Positions 1 through 12,691 are shown, numbered from the stretch's first letter. The stretch is DNA of 64,000 nucleotides from Octopus sinensis (GCF_006345805.1 NW_021835459.1:1-64000); one strand, 5' to 3'. The notes: generated from the letters alone by a model not told the origin. A program made the numbers and translations.

Positions 1-172
1 GTTAAGAAATATTGTGAACTGACTCAGGCACTTATCTGTCTACAACAAGAAAATTTCTCAATGACAAATCACAGTGAGTGCCTTTCATACAGGTTTGATA
101 ATGCTTCAAAGTATATTTGAACTAGTAACAAGTTTGTAGTTATAGACATCATTGCTTAACACTGTCATCTGT

Positions 173-217
<45 letters not shown>

Positions 218-334
218 TGCCAGATCTGACTGGCCTGGTGCAGCCTTCGGGCTTGCCAGACCCCAGTTGAACCGTCCAACCCATGCTAGCATGGAAAGCG
301 GACGTTAAACGATGATGATGATGATGATGATGAT
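218..334 (+). mobile_element. RTE LINE 3' end (family C), 5'-truncated, (GAT)n tail
   Basis: Ends ...ccaacccatgctagcatggaaagcggacgttaaac(gat)n. The same sequence recurs more than 10 times in the window and is contiguous with RTE ORF2 C-terminal coding sequence at 41100-41390. Confidence 0.8.
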
Positions 335-365
335 CTATATATCGATTCTATATATATATGTATTG

Positions 366-463
<98 letters not shown>

Positions 464-581
464 ACATATATATATAATAGAAGGCCACAGACATACATTA
501 TGCATTGTTATAAATCCGTCTAATAAAGGCCCGAAACATATGTACCGCTGAATCCTTGGCATCATGTTTTTATTTTGATTA

Positions 582-629
<48 letters not shown>

Positions 630-631
630 TA

Positions 632-930
632 ATAGTTATCGCCAAGTTGACAAGGCAGTCTAGAAAAATAGGACGAGTGGTGCCATTGATTAGCTCTAGA
701 AGGCCATCGCCTCTGGCTAGCTATATGACACACAAACCTGTGTCCATTATAACCTTCAAACATGGGAGGTCAGCAGCTTCCCCTTCCTGTCCTCCCCTGT
801 TCGAAGGTTATAATGGACACAGGTTTGTGTGTCACATAGCTTGCTAGAGGCGATGGCCTCTTGGAGCTAATCAACGGCAGCATTCGTCCTATTTTTTTCT
901 GGACTGCCATGTTAGCTTGGCAATAACTAT
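632..930. repeat. Fold-back inverted repeat, ~138-bp arms with ~21-nt spacer (MITE-like)
   Basis: 632-769 is the near reverse complement of 791-930. The ORF track shows almost the same peptide on both strands. Confidence 0.9.
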
Positions 931-1029
931 CAATATCCAGTGCCGCTGCCATAGTCTCCTTTAGAGAGAATTAGAAATAATGGTATTCCTATTATATATA
1001 TATATAAGAGAACAAAGTGTGCAAAACAT

Positions 1030-1575
1030 CTGGACAACTAGGTGATTTAGTGAAGCTGCAATTGTCTTCCAGTACCTGAAACCTGTACAGTCCAACTCTT
1101 CCTTCAAACAAAGCACTAAATTCTACTTGTATACATCCATTGTCATGCTAGCAGTGACTTATACCTGTGCTTGAGAGATGTGTAAAAAGACTAGTAGAAT
1201 CATCAGAACTGTATATGTCTTCTGATGTTGCCTTAGAACCATACTTAGAATTTCTTAGCATGATTACATCAACAAATGAAATAGTCAAGGAAAGGACCAG
1301 GCTGAGTATTCTATGGGATAAATGACTGTGAGATGGAAGAACATGTCCAGCTATGAGTTACACATGCTCATGAAGAGACCAGCAAGATCTCCTCTTGAGT
1401 TAATGCTAGAGAGGAGTGTATGAGATCAAGAAGACCCGAACTATGGAAGTGGATCTGGCAGATAAGGACCTGACCAGGAAGCAGGTTCATAACAGGGTTT
1501 GTGACCATTCTGGGTGGAGATCTCTAGTCACCCAATACTCCATGGGCAATAAGAGGAACTAAGACCAAGAGGAAG
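1030..1575 (+). pseudogene. Degraded RTE-clade LINE ORF2 C-terminal fragment
   Basis: Manual translation across stops and frameshifts gives STKFYLYTSIV..TY..., CLRTILRISxHDYI.NEIVKERT and WRSLVTQYS, matching the RTE post-RT pattern TKLRLY..CLRRIL.I.W.D.V.NEEV..RT. Confidence 0.65.
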
Positions 1576-3100
1576 ACAATAGCCATATTATTTACAGTTG
1601 TTGTTTAGTCCCAAGTCAGCCCTGATCAAGTACAACTATGATCAGATGCATTACATCCATGGCTATTTCATCATGTTTCAAGCACTGTGCACCTTGGATT
1701 ATATTAATCAATGAGTCCTTTTAAGATGATTGGGTATGATTCTAGTTGGCTGGGTGACCATGTAGAGCAGGGACTTTTTTAATACTAGAGTTCATAGTTA
1801 AGTACATATAAAACTTGTTAGGTTTGCATTTGTGTTGAGGAAAATACTGAATCTAATTTTACAATTTCATAAGCATATAACATATTAAATAACAAATTCA
1901 GTGTTAAATTTAAACTACTTTTTCATTTTCTGTAGAGACTTCAGGAGGAAGTTTCTAAACTACTTTTTCATTTTAAACTCTTTTTCCATTTTCTATAGAG
2001 ACTTCTGTAGGAGGCAGGTTAAAATTTGAATACAGGCAAGGGGTTCCTTATCACTGACACATAATCTTCTTTGACTGATATTCTTCATAGTGATGTGAAG
2101 AATACCAGTCAAAGTGACTCCTGTAACGTATTCATTTCATTTTCTTATCATTAGCTCTTATCTAGGTTAATGTTATAAGTGAGGTGGCAAGTGGAAACAG
2201 CTTGATACACAGGTTGTGTGTCTTTTACTTTATTAGTAAACACTTCCTAGTTGGCATCACACCAAAAAGCAACTTCCTCTCTACTCACTGGACAGGAACC
2301 ACTTATGGCTAGAAACATTGCATTGACCATAATAAAGTTGCCATCAGATACAGGACCATAAAACAAAACCATTGAGAGAATCAACTTCTGCATACTCTAT
2401 AAAATGTTGATTCATCTAATTTGAAGTCATCTTGTGTTTTGCAATCATAAATAATTGGTTACTCAACTTCATTTTAGCTGAGGAACAATTTTCTTCTTCC
2501 CTATCTGTAGTTAGTGTTCCTTCCTTGATAAATAACCTACTCAACAAAATTAATCATTTAAATAAGGTCATTAATATCTGTATATTAATTTAAACATAAT
2601 GTGTCTTATCTCAGTAATTCGCCATTATCAATATATTAAATTATTATTATGTGATAAAAGACAAATCATTTTTTAAGTGTCAATACTAGTAGCAAAGAAA
2701 TACTATTACAGTAGTATGAATTCTTTCATGTTAGATTAATAACTCATGTCAAGGTTGATTTTCACATAGCTGATAACTAAAAATTACTACTGGCTTCTAT
2801 TTTATAGACCCAGGCAGTTCTGCTTCAGTGATATATATATGACAGTAACTTTGCTGCCTCCACTTCAACTTATGTCAAGGTCGATTTTTTTTTCACTTAG
2901 CTGATAAAGAAAATCTATAGCAGCTCCTGTTTAGTAGTCCCCAGCATTTCTGCTTCAGTAACACCTACACCTCTGACATTGAAGTAGCTCATCAAATAAC
3001 TCTTATCTGGGGCTTATGCTTTATACTTAGTTGTGTGTAGCAAGAAATCAGAAATGATAACTTTCTGACTGGTCATACCAACAACTGCATTATATATATA

Positions 3101-3132
<32 letters not shown>

Positions 3133-3133
<1 letters not shown>

Positions 3134-3462
3134 GCTGGTGGCACGTGAAAGAAACATTCAAGTGAGGTTGTTGTCAGTGGCGCTAGACTGGCTCCTGTGC
3201 AGGTGGCACATAAAAAGCACCATTTGAGCGTGGCCGCTACCAGTATTGCTTGACTGGCCCTTGTGCCGGTGGCACGTAAAAGCACCCCCTACACTCCCAG
3301 AGTGGTTGGCGTTAGAAAGGGCATCCAGCTGTAGAAACTCTGCCAGATCAGAGTGGAGTCTGGTGCAGCCATCTGGTTCGCCAGACCTCAGTCAAATCGT
3401 CCAACCCATGCTAGCATGGAAAGCGAATGTTAAACGATGATGATGGTGAGGATGATAATGAT
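3133..3462 (+). mobile_element. RTE LINE 3' UTR (family C)
   Basis: Three gtggcac(g/a)t(a/g)aaa subrepeats, an aagggcatccagctgtagaaac block, the conserved 3' end and a (GAT)n tail. Confidence 0.8.
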
Positions 3463-3569
3463 ATAGACAGACCGACAGACAGACAGGTAGATAGATAGAT
3501 AGTTAGATAGATATATAGATAAATAGACAGATATAAGTGTACGTGTGTGTGTGTCTGTGCATGCCTGTG

Positions 3570-3777
3570 TGAATGCAAGCGGTGCCCTTCATTTCCAACC
3601 TTCTGTGAAAACATGTCTGGTCATGGGGAAATATTACCTAACTTGAAAATAGGTGAAGGTTGGTGACAGGAAGGACATCTGGCCATAGAAAATCTGCCAC
3701 TACAAATTTCATCCAACCCATGAGAGCATGGAAATGTGGACGTTATAACACCAATGATGATGATAATGATGATGATA
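3570..3777 (+). mobile_element. SINE family F 3' part (shares RTE-type tail)
   Basis: atttccaaccttctgtgaaaacatgtctgg...ggttggtgacaggaagg...ccaacccatg..gcatggaa..ggacgtta..(gat)n. Related copies at 11803-11925, 21000-21243 and 26185-26605. Confidence 0.6.
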
Positions 3778-4166
3778 TTTTATGCACAACACTGTATGAT
3801 TCAGAATGACAGTACCAAATTTAGATATTGGAAAGTTTGTCTGTAAGAGAAATGATGAAGCTATCTACTATGGTGATAGCTAAGTTTATGAATACTCTAT
3901 ATAGCAACTGACTGTTCTATACAGTTGATAAGGGAAGAAAACCAAGTGTGTCAACCAAGAAGCAGTCAAGAAACTGAGAAATGAGTAATCAGGTGATTTA
4001 CACTTCTTTTTTTTTTGCCACATATTAAAAGTATAGAAGGAACATGGTTATGTTCTTTCTTCTACAGCCTGAGTTTCACAAGTGCACACACACATGTATG
4101 CACACACACACACACACACACACATACACACATACAAACACATACATACACACACACACACACATA

Positions 4167-4205
<39 letters not shown>

Positions 4206-4208
<3 letters not shown>

Positions 4209-4532
4209 GAGCACTCCATCGGTTACAATGACGAGGGTCCCAGCTGATACGATCAACAGAACAGCCTGCTCATGAAATTAACATGCAAGTGACTGAGCAA
4301 TCTACAGATACGCGTACCCCTAATGTAGTTCTCAGGGAGATTCAGCATAACACAGAGTGTGACAAGGCCGGCCCTTTGAAATACAGGTACAACTCATTTT
4401 TGCCAGCTGAGTGGACTGGAGCAATGTGAAATAAAGTGCCTTGCTCAAGGACACAACGTGTCGCCAGGATTCGAACTCACGACTTTACAACCATGAGCCG
4501 AATGCCCTAACCACTAAGCCATGTGCCTTCAC
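4206..4532 (-). mobile_element. tRNA-derived SINE family D (CORE-like central block)
   Basis: Minus strand starts gtgaaggcacatggcttagtggttagg (A box)...gagttcgaatcc (B box), then gtgtccttgagcaaggcacttt...ccagtccactcagctggcaaaaatgagt. Other copies at 17317, 30698 and 48685. Confidence 0.8.
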
Positions 4533-4535
4533 ATG

Positions 4536-4567
<32 letters not shown>

Positions 4568-4577
4568 AGATATATAT

Positions 4578-5800
4578 AGGCTTAAAGAATGCCTACTGCA
4601 GAAATCCATACTTGATAAACAATGTACTCTACGCTATGTTGATGATATCAATATTAGTAGTAAAGGACACCCCCACAAGAGAGTAATGTGATATAGTAAT
4701 AGAAACTAAACTATGGAGAGCATCCAGCAAATAGGCTAACTCCATCACCAGAGTATTAAGGTCACAATAGACTACCCCACTAAACACCCCAAACCATAGA
4801 CTACCAGTACTAGACCCTGAAACTCTGGCTAGAAATTGTGAAAAAATAAAATAAAACCCAAATCCTTATTCATACTATGCAAAACTATGGCCTCAAAATA
4901 CCTGATCCACCGGAACTCAGCCATTGCGGGCAATGCCAAATTCAATATTTTGATGGCAGACCTCGTCAGAATAATGAGAAATGTGTCACGCATGTGCGAG
5001 CCTACAGAATTAAAGAGGACACATACAGTATTTCATTCACCGCATGCAGTTCTCAGGTTACAGCCATAAAGAAAGGGTCAGAGTATACAAAGGAGCCATG
5101 AAGAAATTTGATATATTATGTAATGATAGGAATGGGATTTGCCCACTCTATAGGAACAAGTCATGGAACACTATAGAAAGGACAAAAAAGAAAATAGGAA
5201 GGCCAACTCTTGGTATGATAGCCATAAATACCAGAGTGTCATGTTCGTTGACACCACCCCTGGAGGTGAACTGGCGTACCGCTTTAGAAGGACCCTAGAT
5301 AAACTTAAACTAAGAATTAAGGTTGTTGAAAAGCCAGGCAACCCTATCAGATCTATAATTGGTAGAAGCTATCCTTTTAGTAGAACTCTCTGTACGGACT
5401 AACTATTGCACTGTATGTAGATTTAGCCCACAAACCAACTGTAAAGCCAGAAATGTGGGTCTAGATGAGTATAGAGGGACGATGCACAAGTGTAACAACG
5501 TAGGGGACAGCAAGAAACAAAGAGCGTGTGACGGACAGTGAACAACAAGGAACAGGTTCAAAAAGCTATCGATTCTGTACCAACACGCAACAGAACACGG
5601 GGGATCAATCAACACAAACAAGAGATGAAGATACACACATAGAACAGATGCAACAATTAGACAAATTACAGAAGCTACACATATAATAGAAAATAAACCT
5701 AGCCTGAATAGAAAACTAGAATGGAGCAATAGCGCACACCGCAAACATATGACGATAGTGGATCCTGCAAACATAATAAAACACAGATAATTAAAGAAAT
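4578..5800 (+). pseudogene. Penelope-like retroelement: RT C-terminal half, thumb and GIY-YIG endonuclease remnants (frameshifted)
   Basis: RYVDD at 4632-4646; LPVLD near 4800; MASKYLIHRNSA; RMQFSGYS; VMFVDTTPGGELA; IKVVEKPG; CTVC...NCKARNV; SILYQHATEH; RQITEATHIIENKPSLNRKLEW. This is the typical PLE motif order. Confidence 0.85.
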
Positions 5801-5872
5801 AGAAAGAATAACTATATATATGTATATGTGTATGTATATGTGTATATGTGTGTGTATATGGTATATATATTA

Positions 5873-5912
<40 letters not shown>

Positions 5913-6293
5913 TATTATATATATATATATATATATAATATAATATATATATATATTATATATATATATTTTTTTTTTCAATTAGATTTATTATTATTAT
6001 TACTAATATTGTTGTTATACATACATACAAGCATATGTAATGATAATAATGGGTGGATGTAAACACATGAACAAAATTAGAACAAAAGCAACAACAACAA
6101 AAACAAAATACAAATTACAAGAATGTATATAACCAGAAGATACAAATATTACAGGCATCCCCCCACACACACACACTAAATAAACATAGACGCACATAGA
6201 GATATAAGCATGCGCAGATGAAGACATACAATAGAAATACAAAATGGCTGACGGTTAGTAAGGAGAGACACAAGTAAGTGAAAAGAAAACAAA

Positions 6294-6338
6294 GGACCAC
6301 TGATGCGGTCACAGGAGTGTGACGAAAGAACTTTGGCC
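6294..6338 (+). ncRNA. Degenerate type I hammerhead-like motif in the putative PLE 3' region
   Basis: ggacca-CTGATGC-g-GTCACA ggag TGTGAC-GAAA-gaac-TT-tggcc. Perfect 6-bp stem II, one core substitution (A9 to C), ~500 nt downstream of the PLE coding remnant. Confidence 0.5.
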
Positions 6339-6516
6339 GAAATAAGATTAAGATTAATGTAAAAATAAATATCACTGAAGCAAAATAACACCAAATATAT
6401 AGTGCGTGTTTTTTTATTGGCTAAACTGGCAATATGACCATTCCGAAATATAACATATCTGTTTCAACACACGACTTCACATAAAAAATCTTGCACAACA
6501 AATATTTAAACGTATA

Positions 6517-6552
<36 letters not shown>

Positions 6553-7479
6553 TGTATATATATATACATTCATTCATACATACATATATCGAAGTGGTTA
6601 TGCTGGTGGTGGTGGTGGTGGCGGTAGTGGTAGCGGTTGTGGTACTAGGCAGTAATGATGTTAGTGGATGATAACAACACTACTACAAACTATAACAGTG
6701 AAGGACTTTTGTTGTCAATTTCACTGATTACAATGAAGAAGAAAAGAGAAGGAGAATGAGAAAGAAAATACTTATAATGAAGTTGATAATCATTTTTTAA
6801 AAATTTATCTCATTTGTTTTTAATTTTATTGTTTTTTTCTCCATCTTTATTTATTTGTGTAATAAATATAGAATCACTTGCTGATTCTGTCACATATTAT
6901 CTTCGACAGCTATAAATAGACCTGAGTCAAATATGCTTGTCCTTTGGTTCTTATATAAAATAAAAAAATTAATGCATATAAAACAAAAAAAACAAACAAT
7001 ACACAAAACAATGTGTATGTACTGCATGTATGGAGGACAGGTTGAAGTCTTCTGCTTTCAGATATTTGGCAAAAGCAAAGACATAAAGACAAAAGACTGT
7101 GTTTGCCTCTATGTATGTATGTATGTATGTATGTATGTGTATGTATGTATGTATGTGCTTGTATGTATGTATGTATGTATGTATGTATGTATGTATGTAT
7201 GTATGTGTGAGTTCGAGTCTCGTAGCCGGCCGCCAACACTTTTTTCTGCAAAATAGGGGTAGCTTATCCTATTCAGGCTATATTATTAGCATTATCCTGC
7301 GTTTGAGAATTTTAAATCACTTCTTGAACTTCCTAAGACATCTCAACGTTTCTAAAGCAAACTTTGTTTATTTAAGTTCATTGTAATTTGAATTTAACAC
7401 ATGTATGTTATGTATGTATGTATGTATGTATGTATGTATGTATGTATGTATGTATGCATAAAAAAGCAGAGAGAGATGA

Positions 7480-8225
7480 CATGCTTGTAGGACAGAGGGT
7501 GAAGCATTCCTGTGGCCAACTTTATCCCAAATAGTCTCACTTCTGGTACATCACCCACTATACTACAGAGAGGCAATCCTAGCTATGTTAAAGATGATGT
7601 ACTTTCACCAGAGGAGATCTTCAGAGATAGGGAAGTCTAGCATTTGGGGTGACTGTGAAGGGCCTAGCTGAATGATGTTCATTTACAAAGGGGGTTGTAG
7701 TATGATGATGTTTTCTTGGTTTGAGTAATTCATGCATTTTTTTATATTCATTTTGCTGTTGAGGGTGACAAGATAGGGGTTGACCCCATTGTTGGATGCT
7801 TTCAAGATCTCTGTTCAAGGAATCAGTGAGTTTAGGAGTTGGAGTAGATAAAGGAGGAATAAAGAGGCGTATGATCTGCATAAGAGTGGCCTTGTTGGAT
7901 AGCATAACAAGTAGGTATTGATACATAGAAAAAGAGAAGTTGGGGGAACAAAACTAAAGCCTGGGGCACACCAGTGTTAATTAAGTGATTGACAGAAAGA
8001 ACTCCATCAACACACGCATGATGGTGGGATGTGATAAAAAGCTAGCAATCCAAGAGATGAGAAATGGATGGCGCTTTTAGATAGGAAGTTTTCATTTATA
8101 TGTCACATGTGATCAAAAGCTTCCCAAATGTCTAAGACAACTGTGTTGTTTTTCACCAAGTTTCTCTAAAGGATGAGAGCCTACTGGTAGATGTCATAGG
8201 AAAGCAAGAGCTTACTGGTGATGTT
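7480..8225 (-). pseudogene. Degraded LINE reverse transcriptase fragment (CR1/Jockey-like)
   Basis: Minus-strand translation gives VVLDIWEAFDHMxH (cf. LDISKAFDRVWH), SWIASFLS, INTGVPQALVL (cf. GVPQGSVL) and LNRDLESIQQWG. Confidence 0.8.
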
Positions 8226-8742
8226 GTGTGTATGCATACGTTCTTGGGTATGAGATGTTTTGGCATGAGGTGTTTGTACCCCTATCCCAATTTGGCATCA
8301 CTGATTTGATTCTGAGTTATTTGACATCAGATGTTTTAGTGTTTTTCTCATTTTCTCCTGCCTCACTTTCTCTCTGTTTATGTGTGTGTGCATATTTCAT
8401 TTTATGCATATGAGGAGAGGCAAAGTGCTTATGTCAATTGTTTTCAACTTATAAATTGTAAGTCTCTTGCTTCCCCTCTAACTCTATCACCCTCTATCCA
8501 TATGTGTATATTATTGCATGTATGTACATATGTGTGTGTGTTTGTGTGTGTATGTGTGTGTGTATGTGTTTGTCTTCCTCCAGCAGCAACTAGAACTATT
8601 GCTAAAACAGGGTGAATATACAGTCAGCCATGCCAAACTGTCAGTGCCCAAACATCAGCGCCCAGTTGTCTCATTTTAGATTTTATCATATGCATGTATG
8701 TATATATGTATGTACACACACACACACAAACATTATATATAT

Positions 8743-8960
8743 ACTCTCAGAGTGATTGGCATTAGGAAGGGCATCCAGCCATAGAAACCATGCCAAAACA
8801 GACTGGAATCTGGTGCAGCCTTCCGGCTTGCTGGCTCAGGTCAAACCGTCCAGTTTATGTCAGCATGGACAACAGACGTTAAACGATGATAATGATGATG
8901 ATGATAATGATGATGATGATGATGATGATGATAATGATGATGATGATGATGATGATGATA
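8743..8960 (+). mobile_element. RTE LINE 3' end (family C) with expanded (GAT)n tail
   Basis: ttaggaagggcatccagcc.tagaaac...gcatggacaacagacgttaaac(gat/aat)n. Confidence 0.75.
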
Positions 8961-9080
8961 TATATCATCAATGGATCATATATCCAAAAAAGAAGCACAC
9001 TCTAATGGACAGAGTTGTAATGTATTTATATGCAGTTAAATATATATCCAGTCATAGAGTGACCAATGGTTTTGCATCCT

Positions 9081-9306
9081 TTAACCCTTTAACATTCAGA
9101 TTTCTTGGTCAAATGTAATTCTTATTTATTCACATTGCTTTGAATTGATCATGCATCATCTTGTAGTTTCAAAATTTCAATAGTGTTTGTATATTTTTAG
9201 AATGATATTGTAGGGTGGGTATGAGAGGTTGGATATGGTCAGTTTTAGCATAAAATGAGTAGAATATTTGGGTCAGATATGGCTGTATTAAATGCTAATG
9301 CGTTAA
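9081..9306. mobile_element. TTAA-flanked MITE (piggyBac-like), family E
   Basis: TTAA-ccctttaacattca ... aaatgctaatgcg-TTAA. Same family at 33582-33799 and as two tandem copies at 36624-37056. Confidence 0.7.
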
Positions 9307-10077
9307 GCAATGCAGTTTCACTCACAAAGTAAAAGATGTTTGCTTAAAATGCCACAAAGTGGAATTGAACCCACAAGTTCAAGTCTACAAAGAGGATATA
9401 ACAACACTGGTGGATGGCTTTGCTGGTTGCTCCACAAATAAATTTATAAAGTTATTATTGTTCATTTATCTCATTTATCTTTGAAACAAACAAAAAAAGA
9501 GCAAAGAAAAAGAACAAACAGAAAAGCAATGAAAACAAACAATGAAATAATATAAAATAAAAAAAAACAATTGATAAGATAAAATAAAGATAGATTTTTG
9601 TTCCAAATATAGCAACCTGCTACTATTTAATAAATACTAATTATATCTAGGTTAAAGCATGCAGTAATTATGTTAATTATATCAATAATAATATATCTGC
9701 TATAATTTGTATTAAACATTAAAATTACAAACCAATAAGGGAGCGTCTGTTTGATTGTTTCACCAGGTTAGAATGTTGGTCAAATCTCCTTTAAATGACA
9801 TCTTTAGATCTCATCATACGTTTTCGGTCATGTGTGCATGTGTGTGGGTCGGTGGTCCAAACCATCCCAGCATGGGGAAAGCGGATGTAAAAATGAGGAT
9901 GCAAAATATATATTATCTATTTAGCTATCTAAGTATATACATACAGGTACATATACATATAATATACATTATACACATATGCACACACACACACACACTC
10001 ACACACATATATGTGTATAAATATATATGTATATATATATGAATATATGCATATATATGTATATATATGTATGTGTA

Positions 10078-10116
<39 letters not shown>

Positions 10117-10238
10117 GTATGAGGCCTGCTCGCTTAGCCAGCGGGGTGGCGTCATTCAAAGGCTAAAACAATGCGAATGCATTGTGACCAGCGATGTGTA
10201 ACAACATCTGATGGTCTGGTTGGTCACGTGATCACGTG

Positions 10239-10273
<35 letters not shown>

Positions 10274-10280
10274 TGTATAT

Positions 10281-11355
10281 ACTAGCTGACATACCTGGTA
10301 ATCCCCGGGAAAGCAGGGCTTATCCCTTGGTTCTGTTCTTATAATTGTTTTGCTAATCCAAAGTATCATCATCATCATTTAACGTCCGCTTTCCATGGGT
10401 TGGATGATTTTGACTGAGGGCTGGTGAATCAGATGGCTGCATCAGGCTCCAATCTTGATTTGGCAGAGTTTCTACAGCTTGATGCCCTTCCTAATGCCAA
10501 CCACTCCAAGAGCGTAGTGGGTGCTTTTTACATGCCACTGGCACGGGGGCCAGCCAGGTGGTACTGGCAACAACCTCGCTCGAATCTTTGTACACATGCC
10601 ACCAGTACAGGTGCCAGTAAGGTGACATTGGTAATGATCACGCTTGAATGGTGCCTTTTATGTGTCACTGGCATGGAAGCCGGTTAGCCGCTCTGTCAGC
10701 GATCACACTCATATGGTGCACTTTGCACCCCGCTAGTACAGATGCCAGTCATCGAATGTGATTTTGATTTTTGTAGCCCTTAAAACAGTTTTTGTGCATT
10801 TATTGACAATAGTAGAATATTTGGGTCAGATATGGATGTATTAAATGCTAATGGATTAAACAATGCAATGTCACTCACAAAGTAAAAGATGTTTGCTTAA
10901 AATGCCACAAAGTGGAATTGAACCCAGAAGTTCATGTCTGCAAAGACCCTGAAAAGGACTTTAATACGTTCCCAGAGTATATAGAACTTAGGAGGAAATA
11001 CTAATAAGGTATGTGTACTAAAGTTGTGAAGCATGTTACATAATAACAGACTAATAAGATATGTGATAATAACAATTCAAAGTAAATAACTCTGGGAAAA
11101 GCTTTTGCGAGTTTGCAGAGAATATTACCCCCTACGGTGCTAGTGTTGGTATATCTGTTAATAAGTCACTCACTGAAATAAGTGGATCTATTGTTTAGGA
11201 AAATACCATTTAATTGTTTCGCAATTTATCCAGTAGAACACTTTTGAAAATAGGTTGAAAATATGTGGAAAACTTATACAAAAAATGGAAGAGACATGCC
11301 TTCGTTTCACATAGTTTAATATCTTTTTATTAAAAATATTCTTTTATATATATAC
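10281..11355 (-). mobile_element. Putative non-autonomous Helitron-like element with a nested family C copy
   Basis: Minus-strand 3' end reads tcccggggattaccaggtatgtcagCTAG-t (imperfect hairpin plus CTAG). The putative 5' end is near tatatatataaaag at ~11350. No TSD seen. Confidence 0.45.
10364..10772 (-). mobile_element. RTE LINE 3' UTR (family C)
   Basis: (cat)n ttaacgtccgctttccatgggttgga...gatgcccttcctaatgccaacc, followed by the internal subrepeats. Confidence 0.8.
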
Positions 11356-12020
11356 ATATTTTATGGATGTTGGATCGGCAAAAGAGGTTGATAGAATAAG
11401 TACTAGGCTTACAAAGAATAAGTCCTGGGGTCATTTTGCTCAACTAAAGGCCACAGTCAAATGACTGAAACAAGTAAAATAGTAAAAAGTGTAATATCCT
11501 ATATAAGGCTGATTTGGTGATAAACTACAACAACAACCTCTTCTTTGATGTCCTTGTGTTTAAATGGGTTATATGAATCATTGTCACACCTTATCTATCA
11601 AAAAACACCTACAACACAGCACAGAAAGTTAGTGTACTATCTCATAACAATATCTGTTACCCTACAGTTATAGCTTGCAACTTTCCACAACAGTTGTTAG
11701 ATGCATGTGGGCATATCCAGAGCTGTAGCTATCAATTATGAGAGTGAACATGTGACATATTTGTGAAGACGTAAATTGACATGTGTATGTGTATGTATGT
11801 ACATGGAAACAGGTGAGGATTGGTAACAAGATTAGCATCTGGTTGTAGAAATTCTGACTGGATGGATTCCATCCAACCCATGCAAAAATGGAAATAGCTA
11901 CTAAACGATGATGATGATAATGATAGTAATAATTTCATACATACATACATATATAAGTAAACACAAAAATGCAAAACAAGTTGAAAATAAAAGCACTTGT
12001 ATAAAAAAAGGTAGACCAAA

Positions 12021-12138
12021 ATACTATTTTATTAAAGCTGAAAATGACTTCACAACTAGTCGTTCAGAATTTCATGAATGGTCGTGTGGAACTCTGAATA
12101 ACAGTCTGTGAAGGTTTTCAGCTTTAATAAAATAGTAT
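12021..12138. repeat. Inverted repeat/hairpin with perfect 24-bp outer arms
   Basis: atactattttattaaagctgaaaa / ttttcagctttaataaaatagtat, plus imperfect inner pairing (cttcaca..ttcagaatttca / tggaactctgaa..tgtgaag). Confidence 0.85.
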
Positions 12139-12186
12139 ATTATATATATGATGTGCACAGTATTATATATTCATTAAAGCCAATCT

Positions 12187-12266
12187 TACTGATCGGTTTC
12201 ACACTAAGAGTTCAATGGAGTGTTAGGTAACAGTCCAATTATGTAATCCATTACTCTTCAAAGATG
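12187..12266 (-). ncRNA. Degenerate hammerhead-like motif (PLE terminal remnant)
   Basis: Minus: atct-TTGAAGA-gtaatgga...tccattg...gt-GAAA-ccga-TC-agt. C3 to T change, and stem III is one change from the palindrome CCGG. Confidence 0.4.
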
Positions 12267-12691
12267 GTAGTTATAGAATGAAATATGATGACAGCTCTCT
12301 ATTGTTGAAGGTGAACAGACACATCTGGTTTGTGGTTGCTGTGAAAAATATGATGAAATGAACTGAGCGAGGGTTAATTTGAGAGTAATATTTCTTGGTA
12401 CTAAAGACTCTATTTCTGGGGCAAGTTGGCAAGAGTTTTCAGGAAAAGTGTTTATGGGAAACATGTATATCTTTAAAGTTGGTGCTCTTGTAGAAATGGA
12501 ATGTGTGCAGTGGTGTGGTACTATATGTATAGCATTTGTGGGGTTGGGGGTTTCAAAGGCCACATACATATCTGTTTGTTAGTGTGTTTTCTTTCTTTTA
12601 TGTTTTGGTTAAATTCTTGGGGTGTTCATGTATACATGCAGTGTGTGTGGGCTTATATTGGGGTGAGGTGGAAAATGGTCATCATGTTACA

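Noticed and set aside
575-952. Similar peptides on opposite strands suggesting duplicated genes
   Set aside because: A by-product of the DNA palindrome at 632-930.
2741-2961. ~127-bp diverged tandem duplication
   Set aside because: Real but short, possibly old SINE B fragments, with no structure or coding signal.
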